From an uncultured Acidobacteriaceae bacterium (GTDB lineage Bacteria > Acidobacteriota > Terriglobia > Terriglobales > Acidobacteriaceae): DNA of 64,000 bases. The translations under genes and the position numbers were made by a program. How positions within the stretch are numbered: position 1 is the first letter of the stretch; each line of letters starts with the position of its first letter. This document shows positions 8,614 to 17,937 of this stretch, in pieces. The stretch lies in assembly GCA_963734675.1 (NCBI GenBank), contig CAVTHZ010000008.1, positions 131,513-195,512 on the forward strand, written 5' to 3'. The notes beneath the pieces are model-generated. The model saw nothing but the letters and a program-made list of their open reading frames with translations, searched no databases and was not told the origin of the DNA.

Positions 8614-11600
8614 TTATTGGACGATTAAGGTCACGTTCATCGTGTGAACAGGCGCGCCATTGCCCGATCCGGTGGCAGTTACCGAAATGGTGTACTGGCC
8701 GGCAGGAGTACCAGGCGTGCTTCCGTTATTGTTGTTGTTCGAAGAGCTGCTCCCGCCGCAGCCCACCAAAGCGAACATAGTGATCAAGAGAGCGACTCCG
8801 AGAATCGCCATGTGCCCACGGCCACGCTTAGAGCCTGCGCTCACGAAGACCAGGCCGAAGAGGCCAAAGCCGCCGAGACTGGCCAGGAGCATGGGATCCG
8901 TCGGTTTCGAGTTGGGCAGCACGGGCGGGGTGAGCGACGCCGTGCTGGCCGCTGTAGTGGTCAGGGTGAGTGTAGTCGACGAATACGTTCCGTTCGATGG
9001 CGTCAACGATGCCGGGCTGAAGCTGCATCCCACCTTCGAAGGCAAGCTTGCCGGGCAGTTGAAGGCTACAGTGCCGTTGTAACCCCCGCTGGGGGTGATG
9101 TTGAAGGTATAAGTAGCTGACTTACCCGGAGTCACAGTCACCGACGGATTCAGCGTGCCGAAAGCGAAATCCGGAGTGGCCGTAATCACCTCGCTCAGGG
9201 CTGAAGACGTGCGCGCGTGGAAGTTGGCAGTGCCGCTATAGACTGCGGTGATGTTATGCGTACCGACGGCCAGTTTTGCGCTGGTGAAGGTAGCTACGCC
9301 GTTCGCCAGATTCGCGCTGCCCAACGTGGTGTTCCCATCGAGAAAGCTAACGGAGCCGGTTGGAATCGCGGTTACGCCGCGGACGTTCGCCGCAATCGTC
9401 GCGGTGAAAGTGACCGACGCGCCGAGAACAACGGGGTTCGCAGAAGACTTCAGAGCGTTGGAGCTGCCGGTAGCATTCAGCAAGACCGTCGCCCCAGCGT
9501 AGTTGTAGTTGGCGGTGACTACGTCCATTGCGCCGTCGTTGTTTACGTCAGCCAACGCAATCGCGTTAGCGGTGTAGTTTGCCGCACCGCTGCCAGCAGG
9601 AGTCTCAACCGGATCGTAGAACATTCCAGCCGCGAACAGGTTGGTGCCAGTGTTGTAGAGAACTCCGATCGTTCCGTAGCCGGAGTTGCTGTAGATCACG
9701 TCAAGCTTACCGTCGCCATTGAGGTCGAACATCTTGACATCGCCAGGTGTCGGCGGGACCAACAGGGCGTTCTGCAGAGTGGTGGAGAAAAGAACGGGCG
9801 TTTTGAACGTGCCGTCACCATTCCCCTGCGCGATCGCTAAGCCCTCGTTCGGTGCGACGTGATCGGCTACCGTGACAGCGATGTCCAGTTTGCCATCGCC
9901 CTTCAGATCGCCGAGAGCCACGTTACCCAGGTTGTTAAAGGCGAAAGTGGAAGTCTTGGCAGCCTGGAATGTTCCGTCGGAGTTTCCAAGAAAAACATCC
10001 ACGCCCTGATTGCTTTGCGGCACAACTAAGTCAAGGATGCCGTCGCCGTTTACGTCGGCTGCGGCGATACCAGTTCCGGTGCCGTTAGTGGCATAAGTCA
10101 CTGCGGTTCCGAAGTTGCCAGTGCCGTCGTTAAGCAGGACACTGATGTTGTTGCTTCCGGTGTTCACAATGGCAAGGTCAGGATGGCCATCGCCGTTGAA
10201 ATCGCCAGCAATGATTTTGAATGCATTCGTGCTGACGCCTGGGAAGAAGGTATTCGCTGGGAAGCTACCCTTGCCATTGCCGTAATAAATTTCCACACCA
10301 TTGTTGCTTTCGTTTACGGTGGCGATATCAAGATTGCCGTCGCCGTTGAAGTCAGCTACCGCAACGCCTTCAAACGATCCGCCTTTACCGAGGTTGATTC
10401 CCGGCTGCAAGCTGCCATCCGGGTTGGAGAGAAATACCGTGACGCCGATGCCGCTGCCATTCGGCGGATTGAAGCCGTAGTTGCCGACGACAAGATCGGG
10501 ATAACCATCACCGTTTAAGTCCCCGACGGCGATAGCGGTTGCACCAGCGCTAAAGCCTCCCGGAACCGGAGCGTAGAAATCCTGCGCGCCGCGAAAAGTG
10601 CCGTCGCCATAGCCTTGCAAATAGGCGAAACTGAAGTTGTCATCCGGAACCACGATGTCCGGGATCCCATCGCCATTCAAGTCTTGCACGATGGCTGAAG
10701 TCTTCGGTGTGCCTCCGGCGTTGTAGCCGACCGTGGGCACGTTGACCGTTCCATCGCCATTGCCGAGGAGCACAGTTACATCGCCGGCATCGTGATTGGA
10801 GACAACGAGGTCATTCTTTCCGTCGCCGTTTACATCGGCAATCGTAACCGCGAGAGGAGAAATGTTGGCAGCAGTGTTGTCGGTAGTTTCGGTTCCAGCC
10901 GAGTAGTAGACACCAGCCTTGAAAGTGCCGTCGCCGTTATTAACGTAAACCGTCAAGTTGCCCGCCGCGCCTGAGGCGCTGCAATTGGCGGCGATCAGCT
11001 CAGGTTTGCCATCGCCATTCAAATCACCGGCGGCGTTGTTGCAAATGTCATAGAGGCCATCGGGATTGGTGAGCGGAGTTCCGGCGACGAAAGTTCCATT
11101 GGCATGGCCGAGGTAAACGACATCTTGAGTGCCGGTAATTGCCGCAAAGTCGAGAATGCCGTCGCCATTGAAGTCGTCGAATATGACGTTCGAAACTTTG
11201 CTGCCGAGAGCCACGGATGTGGGCGCCTGGAAAGTGCCATCGCCGTTACCCAACAGAGTCCAGACATTGGCCGGAGTGTGCGCATCAACAAATACGAGAT
11301 CGAGATTGCCATCGCCATTAACATCGAACACCGCGCCGCCAACCAGGAAGTTTGCCGTGATCGTAGTGGGACCGGTGCTGGGCACAGTGAATGTGCCATT
11401 GCCAGTAGGAACCCACAGTTCGAACGTTGCCGGATTAGTGCCATGCACAACGATCAGATCCTGCTTGCCCGTGTTATGGAAGTCACCATACAACAACTGG
11501 TCGCCGTCGACGCCATTGGGATTCGGGATCAGCACGCCGGGCTGGAAGGTGCCATCGCCATTGCTAAGCGCGATCGAAATCGCGTAAGAGTTCGTGCTCC

Positions 11601-11934
11601 CTTGCACCGGCGCGGCCAGGTCAACGATGCCATCGTTGTTGAAGTCTGCAGCAATGGCCGACCATTGCGCGAGGCCGTTGGCCGGAATCTGCGTGCCACT
11701 CACAAATCCGACGGGATTGCCGATCGGGTTACTGCCGCTAACCAACGGCTTGCTGCGTGCCGCGTGCATTTTTGTGGTGGCGGACGGTGCTGCGCTGGCG
11801 TGCGCGGCTAGTTGCTTGGCCGTAGGCGCTGAGAATCGGCTTGAGGGGCCTGTGCCCGCCAGGAGCGGAATAGAGGCCAGCGCGAGGAACACAAAGGATG
11901 CAAGGAACTTCTTCATAGAGTTGAAACGCTCCAT
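8614..11934 (-). CDS. large secreted FG-GAP/VCBS repeat protein with Ig-like domains and an unusual two-helix C-terminal module
   Basis: 1106 aa with a signal peptide (MKKFLASFVFLALASIPLLAG). About 14 repeats of the type 'DFNGDGxxDLxV...NxVxVLLGNGDGTF'. Ig-like segments follow (VTFTATIAAN.., NITAVYSGT). See findings for the C-terminal module. Confidence 0.9.
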   Translation of the reverse strand: MERFNSMKKFLASFVFLALASIPLLAGTGPSSRFSAPTAKQLAAHASAAPSATTKMHAARSKPLVSGSNPIGNPVGFVSGTQIPANGLAQWSAIAADFNNDGIVDLAAPVQGSTNSYAISIALSNGDGTFQPGVLIPNPNGVDGDQLLYGDFHNTGKQDLIVVHGTNPATFELWVPTGNGTFTVPSTGPTTITANFLVGGAVFDVNGDGNLDLVFVDAHTPANVWTLLGNGDGTFQAPTSVALGSKVSNVIFDDFNGDGILDFAAITGTQDVVYLGHANGTFVAGTPLTNPDGLYDICNNAAGDLNGDGKPELIAANCSASGAAGNLTVYVNNGDGTFKAGVYYSAGTETTDNTAANISPLAVTIADVNGDGKNDLVVSNHDAGDVTVLLGNGDGTVNVPTVGYNAGGTPKTSAIVQDLNGDGIPDIVVPDDNFSFAYLQGYGDGTFRGAQDFYAPVPGGFSAGATAIAVGDLNGDGYPDLVVGNYGFNPPNGSGIGVTVFLSNPDGSLQPGINLGKGGSFEGVAVADFNGDGNLDIATVNESNNGVEIYYGNGKGSFPANTFFPGVSTNAFKIIAGDFNGDGHPDLAIVNTGSNNISVLLNDGTGNFGTAVTYATNGTGTGIAAADVNGDGILDLVVPQSNQGVDVFLGNSDGTFQAAKTSTFAFNNLGNVALGDLKGDGKLDIAVTVADHVAPNEGLAIAQGNGDGTFKTPVLFSTTLQNALLVPPTPGDVKMFDLNGDGKLDVIYSNSGYGTIGVLYNTGTNLFAAGMFYDPVETPAGSGAANYTANAIALADVNNDGAMDVVTANYNYAGATVLLNATGSSNALKSSANPVVLGASVTFTATIAANVRGVTAIPTGSVSFLDGNTTLGSANLANGVATFTSAKLAVGTHNITAVYSGTANFHARTSSALSEVITATPDFAFGTLNPSVTVTPGKSATYTFNITPSGGYNGTVAFNCPASLPSKVGCSFSPASLTPSNGTYSSTTLTLTTTAASTASLTPPVLPNSKPTDPMLLASLGGFGLFGLVFVSAGSKRGRGHMAILGVALLITMFALVGCGGSSSSNNNNNGSTPGTPAGQYTISVTATGSGNGAPVHTMNVTLIVQ

Positions 11935-12326
11935 TCGATTGACTTCAAAAAGACAAGATCAGCAACAAGGTGCTGCTATTTGGGGGGCCGACATCGGGGG
12001 AAATGGCATTAGGGCTCGCAAACAGTCTCCAGTAAAGTTACCCGGAGAGGAATGGCCCTAACGAGTGGGGCACGAAAGTAACAGATATCCCCTTACTCGT
12101 GGAAAGAACAAGTGCTCGCGAAACCCGGATTGATCGCCCCCTGCAGGAAAGTATTAGGAGGAACTTAATTTTGGGAGGGTACGAAGGTACTGGCTTGGCG
12201 TGGGTACTACTGTGGCTGTACTTGATGGTTCATGTGCCCGGAGGATTTACTCATGGTGTGATGACGATAGGGATTCTTCGACCTGGGCTCCATGGCGCTC
12301 GCCGCTGCACTCAGAATGACAAAGGG

Positions 12327-13563
12327 CTACCTGGTCTTCAGAGCTTGTGCTGCGGATGATAGTGCTGCGGCTAGAGATGTGGAGTTTGGGACGCCGCCCT
12401 GGGCAAGATCTTTGCTGCCGCCCCCGCGGCCGCCGTGGCTTGCGACTGCCTGCTTGAGAAGGGCGGCCATATCGTTGGGCTGGCCGGGTGATTGCGCGAA
12501 GATGAGAACCGGTTGCGGCGATTCGGCGGCGAGAAGAACGATTGCGTTCGAGGCTTGCCGTGTCAGCCGTTGGGCAAGCAGTTTTAGGAAGTTGAGATCG
12601 CGATCCGGAAAGGTATGGAGGATCAGCCTGCGTCCGCCATTCTCGGGGGTTTCAGCGAGCAGGCGGCCGGCCTGAGCGGTTGCGAGTTCGCTGGAAATTT
12701 GCTCGTGCTGCTTGCGAAGCGATCTTATTTCGTCAAGCGATTTGCGGGCTTGCGTAGGCGTGTCGTAAATATGGGCGGAGAAAAGCGCGGCGGTTTCACT
12801 TAGGGTGTTGGAAATCGCGGCGGGCGACGGACACGGCGCGCTGCCCGGCTACGAATTCCACGCGCCATCCCTGGCGAACTTTCTCGAATTTGCGGCAGAG
12901 CAGGCCGGCAATTTGTCCCGTGCTGTTTACGTGCGTGCCGCCGCAGGCGGAGAGGTCGAAGTTCTGAATGTCGATCAGACGGAGTTGGTCGCGGCCTTCG
13001 GTTGGCGGTTTGCGAAGACCTAGACCTGCGGCTTCTTCGCGGGCTACGTAGCGGATGCTTACGGGGCGATTTTCGAGAATGATTTCATTGGCGCGCCGTT
13101 CGGCGGATTCTACTTGGGATTGGGTCAGGGTTGGAGTGTTCAGGTCGCTTAAGTCCAGATCGATGGAGCAGTAGTCATCGGCCATATGAAAGGAAACCGT
13201 TGGCATATCGAAGAGCTCGATGAACGCGGCGGATAGAACGTGTTGGGCGGAATGTTGCTGCATGTGGTCGCGGCGGCGAGCGGCGTCGATTTGGCCGTGG
13301 ATGCGGGTTCCGGCGGAAACGTCTAGTGGCGCTTCTAAATAGTGAACGACGTGGCCGTCTTCGGTGTCAGCTACTTCCGTGACGCGGAATTTGTGGTCGC
13401 TATTGGCTACAGTAATGTGTCCGGAGTCGTGAATCTGGCCGCCGCTGGTGGGATAGAAAGCCGTGCGGTCGAGGATCAGCGACGGCCGGGGGAGTCTTGG
13501 ACTTCGCGGACTTCGGCGTCGAAATCGTAGAGGAAGGAATCGTTGTAGTAGAGGCGGTCGGTC
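12327..13563 (-). pseudogene. alanyl-tRNA editing protein AlaX-L-like (tRNA_SAD plus DHHA1-like tail), two frameshifts
   Basis: MTDRLYYNDSFLYDFDAEVREVQ (start 13563), shift in a C5 run near 13490. Then PSLILDRTAFYPTSGGQ...HMQQHSAQHVLSAAF...CGGTHV (HxxxH and CxxxH editing-site motifs), shift near 12801. Then LSETAALFSAHIYDTP...GGRGGGSKDLAQGG, stop at 12327. Confidence 0.8.
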
Positions 13564-13707
13564 ATGTTTTCAGAATAAGTAGCTGGGCGGTTGGGTGCAA
13601 GTTTAGGTGGCGAATGGAAATAACAGGGGACATAGAGGTTCACAGAGGTAAGGCTTTCGGTTCGTCGGTGTGATTTCCGGCGGGGGTGCGGTAATCTCAA
13701 AGCTTCC

Positions 13708-15144
13708 ATGAATATTTTAAGAAAATTGTTCGAGGAACATTTTCACGGACCCGCTACTCGCGTGCTGCCCCTACAGGGTGAATTGGGCGGATCGGGGCGC
13801 AAAATCATCCGCTTGAGTAACGACGAGGCAAGCGCCATCGGGATTTTGTATGGCGTACGCGAGGAGAATGCGGCGTTTCTGGAATTCTCTAAACATTTTC
13901 TCGGGCACAATCTGCCGGTGCCGGAGATTTATGGCGAGGATCTGGATGAGGGAGCTTATCTGGAAGAGGATTTGGGCGACGTCACTCTATTCGACTTTCT
14001 TTCGAACAACCGACAAGGGGAGAACATCGCGCCTGTAGTAGGGGAGGCGTACCGGAAGGTCATAGCAGTGCTGCCCCGGTTTCAGATCGAAGCGGGGCGG
14101 GATTTGGATTACAGCAAGTGTTATCCACGGGCTAGTTTTGACCGGCAGTCGATTAATTGGGATTTGAATTATTTCAAGTATTACTTTTTGCGCCTGGCGG
14201 GGATTTCTTTTAGCGAGCAGGCGCTGGAGGATGATTTTGAGAGCCTGACGAATTTTTTGTTGAGCGCGGATCGCGATTACTTCATGTATCGCGATTTTCA
14301 GTCGCGCAATATTATGCTGCGCGGCGGCTCGCCATTTTTTCTTGATTATCAGGGAGGGCGCAAAGGAGCGTTGCAGTATGACGTCGCTTCCCTGCTCTAC
14401 GATGCCAAGGCGGATTTGCCGCCGGAGTTGCGGCAGCAGTTGCTGGATTTGTATATCGAGCGGGTGCAGGAATTCGTTCCACTTGAGCGCGAGAAGTTTT
14501 TGCATTACTTCTACGCCTACGTTTATGTGCGGATTTTGCAGGCGCTGGGGGCCTACGGGTTTCGCGGATTTTATGAGCGCAAGGCGCATTTTCTGCAGAG
14601 CGTGCCTTATGCGCTGAAGAATCTGCGCTGGTTGTTGCATAACGTGAAGCTGCCGATTGCTTTGCCGACGCTGATGGAGGCGTTCAATTCCATGCTGGCG
14701 TCGGAGAAACTGCAGGGGCTGGCTTCTTCGGGGGAAAATCTTAGGGTGCGAATTTTTAGTTTTTCATTTCATCGGGGTTGGCCTAAGGATGAAAGCGGAA
14801 ACGGCGGAGGGTTTGTTTTCGATGGGCGGAGCTTGCCGAATCCGGGGCGTGAAGAACGCTTTAAGGCTCTAACTGGAAAAGACGCTACGGTGATCGAGTA
14901 TTTGAATCAGCAGGAGAGCGTCCATCAGTTTCTGGCTAGTGTGATGTCGCTGGTGGATGCGAGCGTTCACAACTATCAACAGCGCGGATTTAAGGATTTA
15001 ATGGTTTCGTTTGGGTGTACGGGCGGCCAGCATCGGTCGGTGTATTTGGCGGAGCAACTGGCGAGGCATCTGCGGGCGCGGAGTGGAGTGGATGTGGTAG
15101 TAAAGCATCGGGAGTTGGAGGCGGCGGGTGGCGAGAATCAATAA
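13708..15144 (+). CDS. AmgK-like anomeric sugar kinase (APH-fold phosphotransferase) fused to a RapZ C-terminal domain
   Basis: The N-terminal ~330 aa is of the aminoglycoside-phosphotransferase/AmgK type (FMYRDFQSRNIML, LDYQGGRKGALQYDVASLL). The C-terminal ~130 aa aligns by eye with E. coli RapZ residues ~160-284 (FVFDGRSLPNPGR...LTGKD..V..YL...GCTGGQHRSVYLAEQLA). A MurU-like gene lies immediately downstream. Confidence 0.8.
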   Translation: MNILRKLFEEHFHGPATRVLPLQGELGGSGRKIIRLSNDEASAIGILYGVREENAAFLEFSKHFLGHNLPVPEIYGEDLDEGAYLEEDLGDVTLFDFLSNNRQGENIAPVVGEAYRKVIAVLPRFQIEAGRDLDYSKCYPRASFDRQSINWDLNYFKYYFLRLAGISFSEQALEDDFESLTNFLLSADRDYFMYRDFQSRNIMLRGGSPFFLDYQGGRKGALQYDVASLLYDAKADLPPELRQQLLDLYIERVQEFVPLEREKFLHYFYAYVYVRILQALGAYGFRGFYERKAHFLQSVPYALKNLRWLLHNVKLPIALPTLMEAFNSMLASEKLQGLASSGENLRVRIFSFSFHRGWPKDESGNGGGFVFDGRSLPNPGREERFKALTGKDATVIEYLNQQESVHQFLASVMSLVDASVHNYQQRGFKDLMVSFGCTGGQHRSVYLAEQLARHLRARSGVDVVVKHRELEAAGGENQ

Positions 15145-15166
15145 GGAAGGTCGCGTCGCGCTTTAT

Positions 15167-15248
15167 TGTCGTCCCGCTTCGCGGCACGACGCGCGGTCGC
15201 TCCCCCAGATCCTTCGGCGACGAAAACCGTGCCGCCTCAGGATGACAA
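15167..15248. repeat. GTCATCCTGAGCG-type palindromic repeat (degenerate) between amgK-like and murU-like
   Basis: TGTCGTCCCGCTTCGCGG...GATCCTTCGGCGACG...GCCGCCTCAGGATGACAA. It fills most of the 108-bp intergenic gap. Confidence 0.6.
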
Positions 15249-15252
15249 TGCA

Positions 15253-16011
15253 ATGAAGGCGATGATTTTGGCTGCGGGGCTGGGGACACGGTTACGGCCG
15301 CTGACCAATGATCGTCCGAAGGCGCTGGTGGAAGTGGGCGGGCGGGCGCTGCTGGAAATTACGCTGGCCCGGCTGCGCGAGTTTGGGATTCGCGAGGTAA
15401 TTGTGAACGTGCATCACTTCGCGGACATGGTCGTGGATTATCTGAAGGCGAATGACAATTTTGGAATGCGGATTGAAATTTCGCGCGAGGACGAGTTGCT
15501 CGATACCGGCGGCGGCTTGAGGAAAGCTGGGTGGTTTTTTCTGGAGAACTCTTCCGAACGCGAAGAACCATTTGTTTTGCATAACGTGGATGTGATCAGC
15601 ACGATTGATTTGAATCGCATGGTTGCGTTTCATCGGGAGCGTCGCGCGCTCGCTACGTTGGCAGTGCAGGAGCGGGAGACTTCGCGGTACTTGCTTTTTG
15701 ACGAGGGTGGGAGGCTGTGCGGGCGTCGAGCGGGACAGGATGGCAAGCTTGAGATTGTGCGGGGAGCGGAGGATGGATCTTTGCTGAGCGCGCTCGCTTT
15801 TTCGGGCGTACACGTTATTTCGCCACAATTTTTTTCTTTGCTGACGGAAGAGGGAGGGTTCTCCATCGTGGCAGCATATCTGCGACTCGCAGGTCAGGGA
15901 GAAAAAATCTGCGCGTTTCGCGCCGACGAATGCTACTGGCGCGATTTGGGACGGCCGGAGAATATTGCGCCGACGTCGCGGGATTTTCAGGCTAAAATTC
16001 TGTCCTTTTGA
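15253..16011 (+). CDS. sugar-1-phosphate nucleotidyltransferase, MurU-like (N-acetylmuramate-1-P uridylyltransferase)
   Basis: MKAMILAAGLGTRLRPLTNDRPKALVEVGG is the classic NTP-transferase N-terminus. Adjacent to the AmgK-like kinase. The ORF-track start at 15166 lies inside the repeat, so the start was moved to 15253. Confidence 0.8.
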   Translation: MKAMILAAGLGTRLRPLTNDRPKALVEVGGRALLEITLARLREFGIREVIVNVHHFADMVVDYLKANDNFGMRIEISREDELLDTGGGLRKAGWFFLENSSEREEPFVLHNVDVISTIDLNRMVAFHRERRALATLAVQERETSRYLLFDEGGRLCGRRAGQDGKLEIVRGAEDGSLLSALAFSGVHVISPQFFSLLTEEGGFSIVAAYLRLAGQGEKICAFRADECYWRDLGRPENIAPTSRDFQAKILSF

Positions 16012-16032
16012 GCGAGGCGACCCGGCTAGTTT

Positions 16033-17937
16033 TTAGTTGTTAAATCCTACCTTTTTCAGCAGGTCGTTGAATCTTGGGTCTCCGCGTAGAATGTCGAAGC
16101 CGGGGTCAACTTTCAGGTTGGCTAGAGCAGGATCGTGTTGCTGATAGGCCTTCTCCAGGAACGCGAACGATTTTTCCTTTTCTCCGAGCATGGCGTAGGC
16201 CCAGGCCAGATAGCCGGGCGGGATATAGCCATGGCTTGTGCCGGCCATTCGCTGATTGCTTTCCAACTCCGCCAGTATTTTTAAGGCCGCCGCATGATCG
16301 CCGGAACGGTCTAGCGCTGCCGCCTCAGTAATGAATCCATTCAGATCGTCCGGATTGGCGACCTTGGGCATTTTCAGCGTCTCAGCATACCGTCCCTTGA
16401 AGATGTAGGCGTGGGCGAGGATGATCCAGCCGACTTTTTGATCCGGCATGTTAAGAACTGTAGAAATCGCATCATCGTAGCGGTGCGCATCATAGAAGTT
16501 CTCCGCCAGGCCCTCGGTGATCATCGGAGAGAGAGGATCGAGCACTTGGGCTCGCCGGAACTCGGTATCTGCGGCCGCGAACTGGCCGAGTTCCATATAG
16601 TTGAGTCCGGCCCAGTGGTGGGCCGGGGCATAGTTGGGATCGAGTTCGGTAGCTTTGCGAAAATCCTGCTCGGCCTCCTGCCATTTCCACTCGCATTGGG
16701 ACTCGAGCAGGCCTTCGGTTGCATAGGCCCGCGCGAGATTGGGATCGAGTTCGAGCGCATGCTGCAATGCGGCTTTGGCGCGGGGGACGGCTTCCGCAGG
16801 CGGCATTTGCGAGTTGATGGTCATCACCGTGTAGCTGTCGGCCAGCCCGGAGTACGCCAGGGCGTAGTCGGGATCATCTTTTATGGCGCGCTCAAACAAA
16901 CTTATGCTTTCCTGCATGTCCGGGAGTTGGCGGGTATTCCATAAATATCTGCCGTGCAAGTACAGGACGTGGGCTTCGGAGTTATCCGTATCGCGCTTGA
17001 GGGGGCGAAGGCCGGCGTTAACGGGAATGCGAAGGACTGTGGCGGTTTCCTGAAGAATATTCTGCTCGGAACCTGCCAGGTCGGCAGGCTGAATGTCATA
17101 GCCCTTCGACCAGAGATGAAAGCCGTTTCTGGTGTCGATGAGCTGGGCGTCGATGCGCAGGTTTCCGTTGGACTGGCTGATGCTTCCTTCGAGGAGGGCT
17201 TCTGCGTTCAAGGCCTGGCCGATCTTGCGGACGTCTTCGGCTTTGCCTCGGAACTGAAAAGCGGACGTGGCGGCTACTACGCGGAGACCTTTCAACTGGG
17301 CGAGGCCGGTGGTTAATTCTTCTGCGACTCCGTCGGTTAGGTACGCTTCGCCGGGCTCAGAGGTTAGATTCAGGAACGGCAGTACCGCGATTGACGTGGG
17401 CGTGCCGCGGCTCGGATGACGGAATCGAATGTAGTAAATCGCACCTATGGCGAGTACGGTGGCGAGAGCTACAACTGGTACTTTTCCGAGCAACCAAGTT
17501 TTTGGTTGGTCGGATTTCTGGTTTCTGGAGCTCGCGATCTCCAGTTGCGAAGTCTTGCGCCCGAAGGTAGGAACATAGCCGCCTCTGGGCACCTCGATAA
17601 CGAGAGGATCATTTCGTCCGGGTCCACCGTAGTATTCTCCGAGCTTTTTCCGAAGGCGTCCCGCTTCGATCCGCACCACTGGGTCGTCTTTGGGATCGTA
17701 AGCTTGGGGACGGCCGAAGACCTCGACCCCCAAAACATATTCCTTGATCTGACGGTCTTTGCCCGCAAGCGAGGTCTCAACGATGAAACGGAGGAACTGG
17801 CTTGGGCGCTGGGCGTTGAGGAATAGGTCCGATGCGAGGATGCGTTGCAGCTGGGCACGGATTGACTCCGACGACAGGCCGTCATCAGTTTCGACTTCGT
17901 AGCCCGCCGCGAGGTTGCGCCTCTGGCTCATGCTCAT
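16033..17937 (-). CDS. membrane-anchored regulator-like protein: winged-helix-like N-domain, one TM helix, TolB-like and TPR repeats
   Basis: N-terminal segment IRAQLQRILASDLFLNAQRPSQFLRFIVETSLAG...IKEYVLGVEVFGRP..YDPKDDPVVRIEAGRLRKKLGEYY, TM helix (VVALATVLAIGAIYYI), then C-terminal TPR units. Start set at MSMSQ. Confidence 0.65.
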   Translation of the reverse strand: MSMSQRRNLAAGYEVETDDGLSSESIRAQLQRILASDLFLNAQRPSQFLRFIVETSLAGKDRQIKEYVLGVEVFGRPQAYDPKDDPVVRIEAGRLRKKLGEYYGGPGRNDPLVIEVPRGGYVPTFGRKTSQLEIASSRNQKSDQPKTWLLGKVPVVALATVLAIGAIYYIRFRHPSRGTPTSIAVLPFLNLTSEPGEAYLTDGVAEELTTGLAQLKGLRVVAATSAFQFRGKAEDVRKIGQALNAEALLEGSISQSNGNLRIDAQLIDTRNGFHLWSKGYDIQPADLAGSEQNILQETATVLRIPVNAGLRPLKRDTDNSEAHVLYLHGRYLWNTRQLPDMQESISLFERAIKDDPDYALAYSGLADSYTVMTINSQMPPAEAVPRAKAALQHALELDPNLARAYATEGLLESQCEWKWQEAEQDFRKATELDPNYAPAHHWAGLNYMELGQFAAADTEFRRAQVLDPLSPMITEGLAENFYDAHRYDDAISTVLNMPDQKVGWIILAHAYIFKGRYAETLKMPKVANPDDLNGFITEAAALDRSGDHAAALKILAELESNQRMAGTSHGYIPPGYLAWAYAMLGEKEKSFAFLEKAYQQHDPALANLKVDPGFDILRGDPRFNDLLKKVGFNN

